From Patescibacteria group bacterium (GTDB lineage: Bacteria; Patescibacteriota; Patescibacteriia; UBA1558; GWA2-36-10): a DNA stretch of 64,000 bases. Location of the stretch: the NCBI GenBank assembly GCA_018819405.1, contig JAHJQF010000001.1:753469-817468 (forward strand), in the 5' to 3' direction. The stretch's first letter is position 1; every line of letters begins with the position of its first letter. The translations under genes were made by a program, and so were the position numbers. Positions 50,752 through 59,479 of the stretch are shown piece by piece. Under the pieces are notes generated by a model. The model saw nothing but the letters and a program-made list of their open reading frames with translations. It had not been told where the DNA came from and did no database searches.

Positions 50752-52178
50752 ATTTTTTTACAAAGTCCTGTTTTTATATCAATTTTTATTTTATCACCTG
50801 TCTTAAAAATTTTAGTTGCATTTTTTGTAGCCACTACACAAGGTATACCTAATTCACGAGAAACAATAGCAGCGTGAGAAGTAAGTCCTCCTTCATCTGT
50901 GACAATAGCTTTAGCTTTTCTCATAGCCACAATAAACTCCGGAGTAGTTATCGTAGTAATCAAAATTTCTCCTTGCTTCATTTTATTTATTTCTTTAATA
51001 CCAAACAATATACGAGCACGACTACTTACATTACCTCGGCCTCTGCTAATTACCAAACCTTTGACTGAATCAACTCCCTTAATAGTCTGTTCTGCTAAAA
51101 AAGGCTTGATAATTTTTAATGCCTGTTTCCCGTCTATGTGCTTATAACCGTTATTTTCTTTATAAATTGATAACAAGGCCATTTTCCTTTTTTTTGTATC
51201 AACAACCTTCCCTTTCTTAAGAAGAGTAATTAAATCAGGATAACTATAATAATATAAATCTTGGAGAGAAATTTTTAATCTCTTAGATATTTCTTTTATA
51301 AATTCATTTATAAAATAATCTGAAATAAGTATATACTGCTTGCGATAATCTTGCCACCACAAACAATATGCCACACCATTTGCTATTGATACAATTTCTG
51401 AATTTATTTTGAATTTTTTTATAACATTTTTTTTGTCGGATTTTATTTTTTTACTATAATTTTCAATTTCTTTTAATTTTTTACGAGCGCCGGCTTGTGA
51501 AATCTTACTTAATCTATTCTTAAAATATTTTTTATCTAATACTCTTACTTCAAAATAACTATTGGCCAGCCAGTAATATTTTTTGGCATGTCTTACCAGA
51601 GCAATTTCAATATCCTTTTTATTTTTAAGTAGTTTTATTTTCAATAGACTAAACTCTTCTTTTTGATAAAAAGACGATTTTTCTGGAGCTGGCAAGCTTT
51701 CTAAAATTTCCAAATAATTTTTTGGATATCTTTCCAAAACTTTATTTTTTAATAATCTTTCCCCTCCCCAGTTGCCAAGTTCCGGTAGCCATGATTTTAG
51801 CCAAAACTCTTCATAAAAATCATACCAGCTAATAAAAAATTTTATGAATTCCTTGTTAGAATAATTATCAAATCCTCTGTTTATTATTTTTTCATAATAA
51901 TTAAATTTTTTTAAAATTAAAATCCAATCTTTATATAATTTTTTTAACCTTTTTTTATTTAAGACATATTTTATAAATAATTTTTCTCCATTATCTCTCA
52001 ATTTTTTATCTTCGGCCAAAAATAAAAGTCGTTTATCTTTGAAATACAACAAAAAATCAGGCCAGCCTACACCAGCTATTTTTGGATATTTCTGAACAGC
52101 ATACATTGTGAGATCTGCATAAATAATTCTAGCATCTGCCGGTCCCCACCTAAATAATTCTTTTTTATAATCTACCAT
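50748..52178 (-). CDS. PEP-utilizing-enzyme mobile domain protein, paralog 3
   Basis: GLVISRGRGNV...[41 protein letters not shown]...GDKIKIDIKTGLCKKI. Confidence 0.7.
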   Translation of the reverse strand: MVDYKKELFRWGPADARIIYADLTMYAVQKYPKIAGVGWPDFLLYFKDKRLLFLAEDKKLRDNGEKLFIKYVLNKKRLKKLYKDWILILKKFNYYEKIINRGFDNYSNKEFIKFFISWYDFYEEFWLKSWLPELGNWGGERLLKNKVLERYPKNYLEILESLPAPEKSSFYQKEEFSLLKIKLLKNKKDIEIALVRHAKKYYWLANSYFEVRVLDKKYFKNRLSKISQAGARKKLKEIENYSKKIKSDKKNVIKKFKINSEIVSIANGVAYCLWWQDYRKQYILISDYFINEFIKEISKRLKISLQDLYYYSYPDLITLLKKGKVVDTKKRKMALLSIYKENNGYKHIDGKQALKIIKPFLAEQTIKGVDSVKGLVISRGRGNVSSRARILFGIKEINKMKQGEILITTITTPEFIVAMRKAKAIVTDEGGLTSHAAIVSRELGIPCVVATKNATKIFKTGDKIKIDIKTGLCKKI

Positions 52179-53010
52179 TTTTCTTTTGATTTATCATAGC
52201 TACCAACCACTTTATATGAAATTCAAAATCTTTTTCCGTGCGGCTATTATCTTCATAGTAATGAGATAAACCTAACTTAGTACCAATTAGCAACTTACCA
52301 CCAGAAGCTAAAATCATCCTAAACATCTGATTACCGACCATACCATTTGGTGGAATCAATAAATTATAACCTTCTTCTATAGCTATATTTGAATCAATAG
52401 ACCAATTTTTGACAATTAATCTTTCTTTGTTTAGTTTTTTTACTATCCACTGGGCGTCAGAATAAGTTTTGTTTAACTTGGCAACAATACCACTTTTTAT
52501 ATTTCTTTTACGCTTATAAGTATCATGCCTTACTCCGCTGAGCACACAAATTCTAGGTTTAATATTAAACCCTATCATCATATTGGCCGTAATAAGTGCT
52601 TTAGAAAAACGATCTTCTTTTGTCCAAGCCTCTGGATTACTGACAAAAGCAATAAAAATTTTATTTTTATTGGGCAGCTGCATTAACACAGGATTAGCTA
52701 ATGTATTTTCTCCTGTTAATTTTCTGTAAACTTCGTAAGTTTTAAAATCATCAATTGTTCCTCTTACCATTCCTTCTACCTCTCCATTTACCAACATTTC
52801 CACCAATTTCTTTTCGGGATTATTACTAATATTTAATTTGAATCCTTTTATACTGCTTATTTTCTTTGGACCAACAATATTAATATCCGCATATTTATGA
52901 GATTTTCTTAAACTGGTTAAAATGAGCTCATCAGGTTTATCAAGGCCAAAAGCTATTTTAGGATGTCGTAATTTTAATAATTTTTCTATTTTTTGGTCAA
53001 ATTTATCCAT
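52165..53010 (-). CDS. phosphate acyltransferase family protein (Pta/Ptb-like)
   Basis: LVEMLVNGEVEGMVRGT (compare Pta GEADGMVSG) and a C-terminal LLIPPNGMVGNQMFRMILASGGKLLIGTKLGL resembling the PTA_PTB C-terminus. Confidence 0.5.
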   Translation of the reverse strand: MDKFDQKIEKLLKLRHPKIAFGLDKPDELILTSLRKSHKYADINIVGPKKISSIKGFKLNISNNPEKKLVEMLVNGEVEGMVRGTIDDFKTYEVYRKLTGENTLANPVLMQLPNKNKIFIAFVSNPEAWTKEDRFSKALITANMMIGFNIKPRICVLSGVRHDTYKRKRNIKSGIVAKLNKTYSDAQWIVKKLNKERLIVKNWSIDSNIAIEEGYNLLIPPNGMVGNQMFRMILASGGKLLIGTKLGLSHYYEDNSRTEKDFEFHIKWLVAMINQKKNGRL

Positions 53011-53013
53011 ATA

Positions 53014-53526
53014 TTATCTTTTAAACAAATTTTTAAAAAATTCAGTCCTGTCCACATTGGCTACATGAGTAAACCATTCATCTTGAAATTTGTAAGCCAA
53101 GATAAACAACCAAATCCAGACAATATTTTTCTTGTACCACTGGGCTGTCTTTTCCCGCCCTTTGAACAACTCGGCTGTAGCGTAAATTAAAAATAATGGT
53201 TCTACCAGATTAGGAAAATAAAACAGCATCATTTCATCGCGAGTAAAAAAGAAAGAAAATTGTCCGATTGTCCTAATCAAAAATGTGACAATGACTTCTT
53301 TTTTTATCACTCTCTTCCAGCCCCAAATAACTATAAAAATATAAGTAGTATAATCAGCTATTTTATCTATTAATTGATATTTTTTATCTTCCAGTCCCAG
53401 AGGAATAAGTATATCTCCATCTACTGAGTCCAAAATAAAATTGGCCCAGCCGGCAAAAAATGGAAATTTCAAAATCAAAACCGGGAAGGCAAATTTTAAT
53501 AATATTATTAAGACTATAAAAAACAT
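53014..53526 (-). CDS. CDP-alcohol phosphatidyltransferase-like membrane protein
   Basis: LDSVDGDILIPLGLEDKKYQLIDKIAD approximates the D-G-x2-A-R...G-x3-D-x3-D motif. Several TM helices. Weak. Confidence 0.35.
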   Translation of the reverse strand: MFFIVLIILLKFAFPVLILKFPFFAGWANFILDSVDGDILIPLGLEDKKYQLIDKIADYTTYIFIVIWGWKRVIKKEVIVTFLIRTIGQFSFFFTRDEMMLFYFPNLVEPLFLIYATAELFKGREKTAQWYKKNIVWIWLFILAYKFQDEWFTHVANVDRTEFFKNLFKR

Positions 53527-53548
53527 ATACTATATATTTATTAAAAAT

Positions 53549-53833
53549 TTAAACCGCCCGAACTTCTTTTACCTCGGGCATAGCCCCTCTGATTTCTGCT
53601 TCTATCAAATGCTTTAGAGTCACATCAGCTAAAATACAGTGAGCACAAGCGCCTTGTAGTACAATCTCTACAATCCCCTTTTTCTTGTCATAACTCACTA
53701 GTTCCAAATTGCCATTGTCACGCATCAAAGCCGGACGAATACGATCTAGTATTTTATTTAATTTGTCCTCATCACTGAGTTTTTTTGACGCGGCCTTAGG
53801 CTTTGCCTTGGCTTTTGTTTTTGCTTTTGGCAT
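53549..53833 (-). CDS. NifU-like (Nfu) Fe-S cluster scaffold domain protein
   Basis: ILDRIRPALMRDNGNLELVSY...GACAHCILADVTLKHLIE (CxxC). Lys-rich N-terminal tail. Confidence 0.7.
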   Translation of the reverse strand: MPKAKTKAKAKPKAASKKLSDEDKLNKILDRIRPALMRDNGNLELVSYDKKKGIVEIVLQGACAHCILADVTLKHLIEAEIRGAMPEVKEVRAV

Positions 53834-53837
53834 ATAT

Positions 53838-53912
53838 GTAAATTTACCCTGTTAAATATTTTGCCCCGCAAAATACTGCTTTGCAGTATTTAACAGGGTG
53901 AATTAATTTTTA
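53838..53912. repeat. palindromic intergenic element (ACCCTGTTAAATAtt..gc ... gcAGTATTTAACAGGGT); a partial copy at 63521-63553
   Basis: ~17-bp inverted repeat around a ccccgcaaaatactgc core. A 25/26-nt match (TTTAACrGGGTGAATTAtTTTTATA) occurs at the 3' end of the partial rmlB. Confidence 0.5.
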
Positions 53913-54389
53913 TAAAAATTTTTAAACTGACTTATTATTTCTTCTTCACCGTTATTATTATATAAAGTATAGCAGTCTATCTTTGGTTCTTCAAATATTT
54001 TTTCTAGCTCATCAGCATATTTTTTGGATACAAAATGCTGTCTACCAACAAGACGTTTGGCCATTATATCTTTATCAGCCTTGAGTAAAATAAATTTTGC
54101 TTCTGGAAAATTGTCCAACATCATTTGACGAAACTTTTCTTTTATAAAAGCTTGACTAACAATTATATTTTTATATTTTGGTTTTAATTCATTTATTTTA
54201 GCTATAACAATGTTATAAAAATCTTCTCTGTTCTTATCAGTGGCTATATCATTTTTTTTTAATTTTGTCTATCAAATACTGAGGAATATCGCTATCAGCA
54301 TCATAATGATAAAAATCAAAATTTTTGGCTATCACATCGCCCACAAAATTTTTGCCTGCGCCAGGTTGTCCAAATAGAAATATGATCAT
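53903..54389 (-). pseudogene. gluconokinase/GntK-family P-loop kinase, interrupted by a +1 frameshift in an A9 homopolymer (coding strand) at 54252-54260
   Basis: N-terminus MIIFLFGQPGAGKNFVGDVIAKNF (Walker A) runs from 54389 to the A-run and stops after KKK. Removing one A restores a 162-aa ORF joined to the track ORF 53903..54124 (...ILLKADKDIMAKRLVGRQHFVSKKYADELEKIFEEP, GntK-like). Confidence 0.6.
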
Positions 54390-54424
54390 AATTTCTTTAT
54401 TATACCATTATTGGCATCAACTTC
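54386..54424 (-). pseudogene. 13-codon remnant of a PEP-utilizer paralog C-terminus (...[13 protein letters not shown]), stop overlapping the kinase ATG (ATGA)
   Basis: 45 nt nearly identical to the 3' end of 55854..57194 (…[13 protein letters not shown]). Upstream of this the sequence becomes repeat element B. Confidence 0.55.
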
Positions 54425-54486
54425 TGCCGATTTTGCCCAAGAGCGCAGCGATTGGCTGCAAAATCGAGCATCCCGCGAAGCGGGAT
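54421..54486. repeat. repeated terminator-like element, copy B
   Basis: CTTCTGCCGATTTTGCCCAAGAGCGCAGCGATTGGCTGCAAAATCGAGCATCCCGCGAAGCGGGAT. Homologous to 46899-46973. Contains the ATCCCGC-gaa-GCGGGAT hairpin. Confidence 0.6.
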
Positions 54487-54495
54487 ATAGCTATT

Positions 54496-55857
54496 CTAAT
54501 GCTTACTTAATTTTTTAACTATGCCGCGGCTAGCGTCTACCTCAACCATATCGCCATCTTTTAAAACTTTAGTAGCATAATTAGTACCAATTATACAAGG
54601 CTTTCCCAATTCCCTTGAAACAATAGCCGCGTGACAAGTAATGCCGCCTTCATCGGTAATTATAGCAGCAGCTTTTTTCATTAGAGGTACATATTCCGGC
54701 CTAGTCATACCTGTCACTAGTATCTCGCCTTTTTTAAAACTCTCTGTCTCTAAAAATACATTGGTAATAATTTTTACCTTGCCCTTGGCGTATCCAAGAG
54801 AACCCGACTGTCCTATTATTTTATTATCAAACTGATAATCTGTTCCAATATTATCATAAAATCTATATTCAAATTTTTTTGCTCCATCAGGGTATAACAA
54901 AACTGAAAAACCATTTTTCCTTTTTGCTATTTCTGTAATATTACTTCTTAAATATTTTGTCCCTTTTTCTATTTCCTCAAACAAACAAAAATTTATCAAA
55001 TCTTTGGACAGATTAGCCGTCTCAAAAATATGTTCGGCATATCGACCCATGATTGACAGAAGCATGCCAAAATAATCTTTTCTCTGATCACGCTTGTCTA
55101 TAGCCCATTGAAAAAAATCAGTCATTCTTCTCTCCTTTTCAGATAAATCATTTTTCCAACTAGTACTTTTGCCGTTTACTTTTTTATGTATTAATAAATT
55201 TTTATACTTTTCTTGTAGTTGTTTTTTAGTAAACTCAAAACTTAATATCCGGTCATAGGCTGCCTCCAAATACTGACATTTTTCAGTTATTTGATCCCAA
55301 TTATAATCTGCCTCCACTAATCTCTTTAATTTTTTTGATCCGCGATCATAAAAAGATTCCGTATTTAAAATTGAAGCCTTGTTCCAGAAAGAATCGTCTA
55401 GCTTACCAAAACGATCAAATACATCTTTATCTAAACCAATAGTAAAAAACGTCAAAGCACTCAAACTCCAAGCATTATCAACTATGCTATTTAAGTCTTC
55501 TCCTAAATCATTATTATTTTTTATATATTTATAAGTTAATTTACTATAAATATTTTCTATCTTTTGAGAAAACTTTTTAAAATTATCCTCCATTTTAGAC
55601 AAATGTTTTTTGTCTTCCCAAACCGAATACATTGTTTCCAAACAAGCTGCTTTTGAGTGACCTAAAGAAATATACATTAGACCAATATCTCCTTTGACCG
55701 AAATTAATAAAGGAAAAGAATAATTATTTTTATAAAGAGATCTAAAATATTTACTCTGATTCCACCCCCGTGTTTGATATATCAAAGCTGAATTCAAAAT
55801 AGGAGGAGATATCTCTAAACCATCTTGAGCTTTTAAGTATAAATCAACAATACTCAT
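54496..55857 (-). CDS. PEP-utilizing-enzyme mobile domain protein, paralog 4
   Basis: [10 protein letters not shown]...[49 protein letters not shown]...[16 protein letters not shown]. Confidence 0.7.
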   Translation of the reverse strand: MSIVDLYLKAQDGLEISPPILNSALIYQTRGWNQSKYFRSLYKNNYSFPLLISVKGDIGLMYISLGHSKAACLETMYSVWEDKKHLSKMEDNFKKFSQKIENIYSKLTYKYIKNNNDLGEDLNSIVDNAWSLSALTFFTIGLDKDVFDRFGKLDDSFWNKASILNTESFYDRGSKKLKRLVEADYNWDQITEKCQYLEAAYDRILSFEFTKKQLQEKYKNLLIHKKVNGKSTSWKNDLSEKERRMTDFFQWAIDKRDQRKDYFGMLLSIMGRYAEHIFETANLSKDLINFCLFEEIEKGTKYLRSNITEIAKRKNGFSVLLYPDGAKKFEYRFYDNIGTDYQFDNKIIGQSGSLGYAKGKVKIITNVFLETESFKKGEILVTGMTRPEYVPLMKKAAAIITDEGGITCHAAIVSRELGKPCIIGTNYATKVLKDGDMVEVDASRGIVKKLSKH

Positions 55858-57194
55858 AATTTCTTTATTATACCATTATTGGCGTCCACCTCTACCATAT
55901 CACCATCTTTTAAAACTTTGGTAGCATAATTAGTACCAACCACACAGGGCACTTTTAGCTCACGACTGGTTATGGCGGCGTGAGAAAGCATACCACCTTC
56001 ATCAGTCACAATAGCCGCTGCCAGACGCATGGCTGGAGTATAACGCGGATCAGTCATTTGAGCGACCAATATATCCCCCTTTTCAATTTTTGAAATTTCT
56101 TTATAAGAATTAACAATCTTAACTTTACCCTTAACTACGCCCCTCGTAGCTGATATGCCTTGAAGCTGATCAATATAATTAATTTGTTTTTTGACAATTT
56201 GTTTTATCTTTTCTATCTGAACTTTATCTGTGACAATATTTAATGACCCATCATAGTAATAAAGAAAGTTTTTCTCTCTTTTGGCCAAGTCAATTGCCTC
56301 AGGTAATTTAGCTTTGGTTAAAATGTCTTCAATTTCTTCATAGCTCAAATTCGCCACTGCTTTTAAACTAATATTTTCAAATTTATCCTTAAGATACTCA
56401 AAAAATCTACTAATAATAAACAAACTATGTTTCCAAGAATCCACACGATCATTTCTTAAAAATATATATTCATGAAATAATATGCATTTGGCTTTTATTT
56501 CTTCATCGTCTAGCTTGGAAATAAAATTATCAAACTCTTTTTTATGTCGAGAAAATTGAGCAAATATTTTTTCTACCTTATCTCTATCCAGCTCTTTGGA
56601 CATCTTCTCTAACTCCTCAATAGTATATATTCCCTCACCAATGTAATAGCTTTTTAACCAGCCGTACTTTTCCAAGGCCATTTGTGGCCCTTCCTCCAAA
56701 AGCATTTTTTCCATCAATTGATACTGAGTCGGTTTATCAGAGTTAATAATTTTTTCAAAATCTTCGGGGAACAACCTAATTAGCTCCGGCTCGGCATATT
56801 CTATCAAAGCAAAGGGTATAAGGATGTAATCAAAAAAATCATAAACTGAGGAAATGTAATTTTTAAATAATACAAAAAGTTCTTTATCCGATACCTTGCC
56901 TACTCCCTGAGATAATATTTTCGAACTCTCCAAAATTCTGTCCCTGGCCGGAATATAATCAGTCAAATGACTCTTGTAGTTTGATAATACTCTTTGGTAA
57001 GTTTTTTTTAAAACTTTTTTATATGAAGGCTCATCAAAATAATATGAACCCATCACACCATCCTCTTCTGGTATGACCACAAAAAATTTCATACCAGCAT
57101 CATAAATTGCTTTTAGATAATAAAATTCTCTGGCTATACCATAAGGACGGGTAGCCCATTTAAAAAATTTGTATTTGAAAAATTTATCTTCCAT
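55854..57194 (-). CDS. PEP-utilizing-enzyme mobile domain protein, paralog 5
   Basis: [11 protein letters not shown]...[49 protein letters not shown]...[20 protein letters not shown] overlap with paralog 4. Confidence 0.7.
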   Translation of the reverse strand: MEDKFFKYKFFKWATRPYGIAREFYYLKAIYDAGMKFFVVIPEEDGVMGSYYFDEPSYKKVLKKTYQRVLSNYKSHLTDYIPARDRILESSKILSQGVGKVSDKELFVLFKNYISSVYDFFDYILIPFALIEYAEPELIRLFPEDFEKIINSDKPTQYQLMEKMLLEEGPQMALEKYGWLKSYYIGEGIYTIEELEKMSKELDRDKVEKIFAQFSRHKKEFDNFISKLDDEEIKAKCILFHEYIFLRNDRVDSWKHSLFIISRFFEYLKDKFENISLKAVANLSYEEIEDILTKAKLPEAIDLAKREKNFLYYYDGSLNIVTDKVQIEKIKQIVKKQINYIDQLQGISATRGVVKGKVKIVNSYKEISKIEKGDILVAQMTDPRYTPAMRLAAAIVTDEGGMLSHAAITSRELKVPCVVGTNYATKVLKDGDMVEVDANNGIIKKL

Positions 57195-57912
57195 TTTTCC
57201 TTAATTTAGCAATAGTGTTGCCAGCTTCCAGTAAGGCATCAAAAGTACCCGTATCCAACCAATAATGATCATATTTTTTGACATCAAGTTGCCCCTCTTT
57301 GAGATATAGATTGTTGATATCGGTAATTTCCAATTCTCCTCTGGCTGATGGCTGGAGACTCTTGGCTTTGTCTACCACAGTATTATCATAAATATAAAGC
57401 CCAGTTACCGCAAAATTGCTCTTTGGCTTGGTTGGCTTTTCTTCTATAGAAATTGCTTTGCCACTAACATCAAACTCTACTACACCAAATCTATTGGGAT
57501 CAGGCACTTCTTTAGCAAAAACACGACCACCTGATTGAAAACTCCTGATAGCCTCATCAAGAAAATCACCGTCACCGACAAACAGGTTGTCACCAAGTAT
57601 CAAAGTAACGTTGTCGCTACCTACAAAATTTTCTCCTAGTAAAAAAGCCTGAGCAATGCCCTCTGGTTTATCTTGCACTTCATAAGTGATCTTGACGCCA
57701 AAATCTTTGCCACTAGCCAGCAACTTGGAAAATTTGTGAATATTGTCCGGATCAGAGATTATCAGTATATCTTTGATACCACCGTCAATGAGAGTCTCTA
57801 AAGGATAATAAATCATCGGCCTATCATAAATTGGCAAGAGTTGTTTTGATGTCACTTTAGTAAGTGGATGAAGTCTAGTGCCGGCTCCGCCAGCAAGTAT
57901 AATTCCTTTCAT
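57184..57912 (-). CDS. rmlA: glucose-1-phosphate thymidylyltransferase
   Basis: MKGIILAGGAGTRLHPLTKVTSKQLLPIYDRPMIYYPLETLIDGGIKDILIIS. Start placed at MKG (57912). The track's upstream extension to 57951 runs through the inverted-repeat element. Confidence 0.75.
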   Translation of the reverse strand: MKGIILAGGAGTRLHPLTKVTSKQLLPIYDRPMIYYPLETLIDGGIKDILIISDPDNIHKFSKLLASGKDFGVKITYEVQDKPEGIAQAFLLGENFVGSDNVTLILGDNLFVGDGDFLDEAIRSFQSGGRVFAKEVPDPNRFGVVEFDVSGKAISIEEKPTKPKSNFAVTGLYIYDNTVVDKAKSLQPSARGELEITDINNLYLKEGQLDVKKYDHYWLDTGTFDALLEAGNTIAKLRKNGR

Positions 57913-57927
57913 ATAGTTTATTGTTGC

Positions 57928-57995
57928 GTCATTGCGAGCGTAGCGAAGCAATCTACAAGCTTTTGGATTGCCACGCCCTTCGGGCTCGCAATGAC
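57928..57995. repeat. 12-bp inverted repeat GTCATTGCGAGC...(44 nt)...GCTCGCAATGAC between rmlD and rmlA
   Basis: Perfect 12-bp arms. Shares GTCAT...ATGAC termini with the TTGTCAT..ATGACAA family. Lies 16 nt upstream of the rmlA start. Confidence 0.55.
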
Positions 57996-58004
57996 ATTTT
58001 TAAT

Positions 58005-58838
58005 TTATTTTTTATTATCTGCGTATTTTTTTATAGTGTCCTCTACTGCTTCTTTGACTGGACGCATTTTGATACCCAGCTTTGGAAGATTAAGAGAAGT
58101 CATAATATTATTTGATCTTTTTTTGTCAGCCAAACCAAGCCTGACCAATTCTTCTTCCTTTATCCATTCATTTTTGTGATTAGGATCTATATATTTTTTA
58201 TACAGTGCCAGGATTTCTTTGTGTTTGATAGAGCCTGGATTGGTCACGTGGTATATGCCCTCTGCTTTTTTTTCTAAGAGCTGATAAAAGACATCTATCA
58301 TGTCTGGTACAACGGTCAAAGAATTTTCTACATCCACTATTTTTTCGTATTTTGATAATTTATCAATCAAATTGGCTGGATGAGGCCTGTCATCAAGTGG
58401 CATGCGGATACGGGCAATACCGACATTTGGCATTTTGGCCAAGACCAAATCAGCTGCATATTTACATCTAGTATAGACTGCCACTGGATTGGCATAATCA
58501 TCTTCTGTCCAGGCCTGACCATCAGGAGCCTGACCATAAAATATACAGCCAGTGCCCATATGAAGAAGATATACTCCTTTTTTCTGACAAGCCTCGGCAA
58601 TGATAAGTGGCAGTATGGTATTGCCCTGATAGGTTTCCAATTGGTGAGTTTCACACCAATCTACATTTGGTTTACCAACAATTCCGGCTGCATTTAAAAT
58701 TGCGTCGGGTTGGTGCTCGTCTATTAATTTTTCGACATCTTCCACAGTTTCAACAATCTTGTCAGTTATGACTGCGTCGTTCCAGCTCTGGGCACAACGA
58801 ATGCCTAAATATCCTTTGCCTATTATAAGTATTTTCAT
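58005..58838 (-). CDS. rmlD: dTDP-4-dehydrorhamnose reductase-like NAD(P)-dependent sugar reductase
   Basis: N-terminal Rossmann MKILIIGKGYLG. About 277 aa. Neighbouring rmlA. Confidence 0.55.
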   Translation of the reverse strand: MKILIIGKGYLGIRCAQSWNDAVITDKIVETVEDVEKLIDEHQPDAILNAAGIVGKPNVDWCETHQLETYQGNTILPLIIAEACQKKGVYLLHMGTGCIFYGQAPDGQAWTEDDYANPVAVYTRCKYAADLVLAKMPNVGIARIRMPLDDRPHPANLIDKLSKYEKIVDVENSLTVVPDMIDVFYQLLEKKAEGIYHVTNPGSIKHKEILALYKKYIDPNHKNEWIKEEELVRLGLADKKRSNNIMTSLNLPKLGIKMRPVKEAVEDTIKKYADNKK

Positions 58839-58843
58839 TTATT

Positions 58844-58915
58844 TTGTCATCCTGAACTTGTTTCAGGATCTAGCTAATAATTAATGGAGATGCTGAAATA
58901 AATTCAGCATGACAC
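58844..58915. repeat. hairpin repeat element copy 3, 6 nt upstream of the rmlD start
   Basis: TTGTCATCCTGAACTTGTTTCAGGATC...GCTGAAataaatTCAGCATGACAC. Confidence 0.6.
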
Positions 58916-58937
58916 TATTTTAACTTAATTTTTTATA

Positions 58938-58966
58938 TTGACATTTTTATCTAAATATGATATAAT
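58938..58966 (+). promoter_or_regulatory. consensus sigma70 promoter (island 3)
   Basis: TTGACA(58938-43), 17 nt (tttttatctaaataTGa), TATAAT(58961-66). Confidence 0.65.
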
Positions 58967-59020
58967 CATACAATATTCGTTCCGCCTTGACAACACCAAT
59001 CTTAGGGAGGTTTCCAAGAA

Positions 59021-59461
59021 ATGAAGATAATCAAGGTCTACTCTGTCGGCCAGTTCTGGCACGACATGTATCCCCTCTGCCCGACCGGTTACACCCTACA
59101 GGTTATCATCGACATCCGCGGTGCCATTGCTGATCTCCTCGAGGAGATTGGCCCGATCGACGGCACCGAGAAGGTCTGTCAGGATCACATCATGTCAGCT
59201 CCCGGCTACGCCGAATGGCTGGAGCGCACCAACGACTGGCTCTACACCAACTACCTGAAAACGTTCCTGAAAAATAAGCAGTTCGAATGCCTCAATATCA
59301 TCTTCGTGTGCACTGGGGGCTTCCAGCGCTCGGTCACGACGGCCATCAAAAGTGCTGAGTACTTGCGCATACACTGCGCCGGTAAGGCTGAGGTCGTGGT
59401 CAAGCACCTGACCATGGAGATGACCAGGGGGCTGGCCAAGGAGATAACCAACAAGGGCTGA
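59021..59461 (+). CDS. Cys-X5-Arg P-loop protein, putative cysteine-dependent (DSP/LMW-PTP-like) phosphatase, 146 aa, GC-rich foreign composition
   Basis: SD GGGAGG sits 10 nt before ATG. High GC3. IIFVCTGGFQRSVTTAIKSAEYL matches the (V/I)xFVCxGxxxRS(x)T...AYL signature of PTP-fold phosphatases. A candidate general-acid Asp lies about 26 residues upstream. Confidence 0.4.
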   Translation: MKIIKVYSVGQFWHDMYPLCPTGYTLQVIIDIRGAIADLLEEIGPIDGTEKVCQDHIMSAPGYAEWLERTNDWLYTNYLKTFLKNKQFECLNIIFVCTGGFQRSVTTAIKSAEYLRIHCAGKAEVVVKHLTMEMTRGLAKEITNKG

Positions 59462-59479
59462 CAAATCCTTCGACCCTTA

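Noticed and set aside
54385-55900. Near-identical ~45-nt segments at the 3' ends of PEP-utilizer genes as possible CRISPR-like direct repeats
   Set aside because: They are in-frame coding sequence for the conserved C-terminus (…[13 protein letters not shown]) of paralogs, not regularly spaced repeats with unique spacers.
57913-57951. Track start of rmlA at 57951 (MLRYARNDATINY...)
   Set aside because: That extension is read through the GTCATTGCGAGC inverted-repeat element. The conserved RmlA N-terminus begins at MKGIILAGG (57912).
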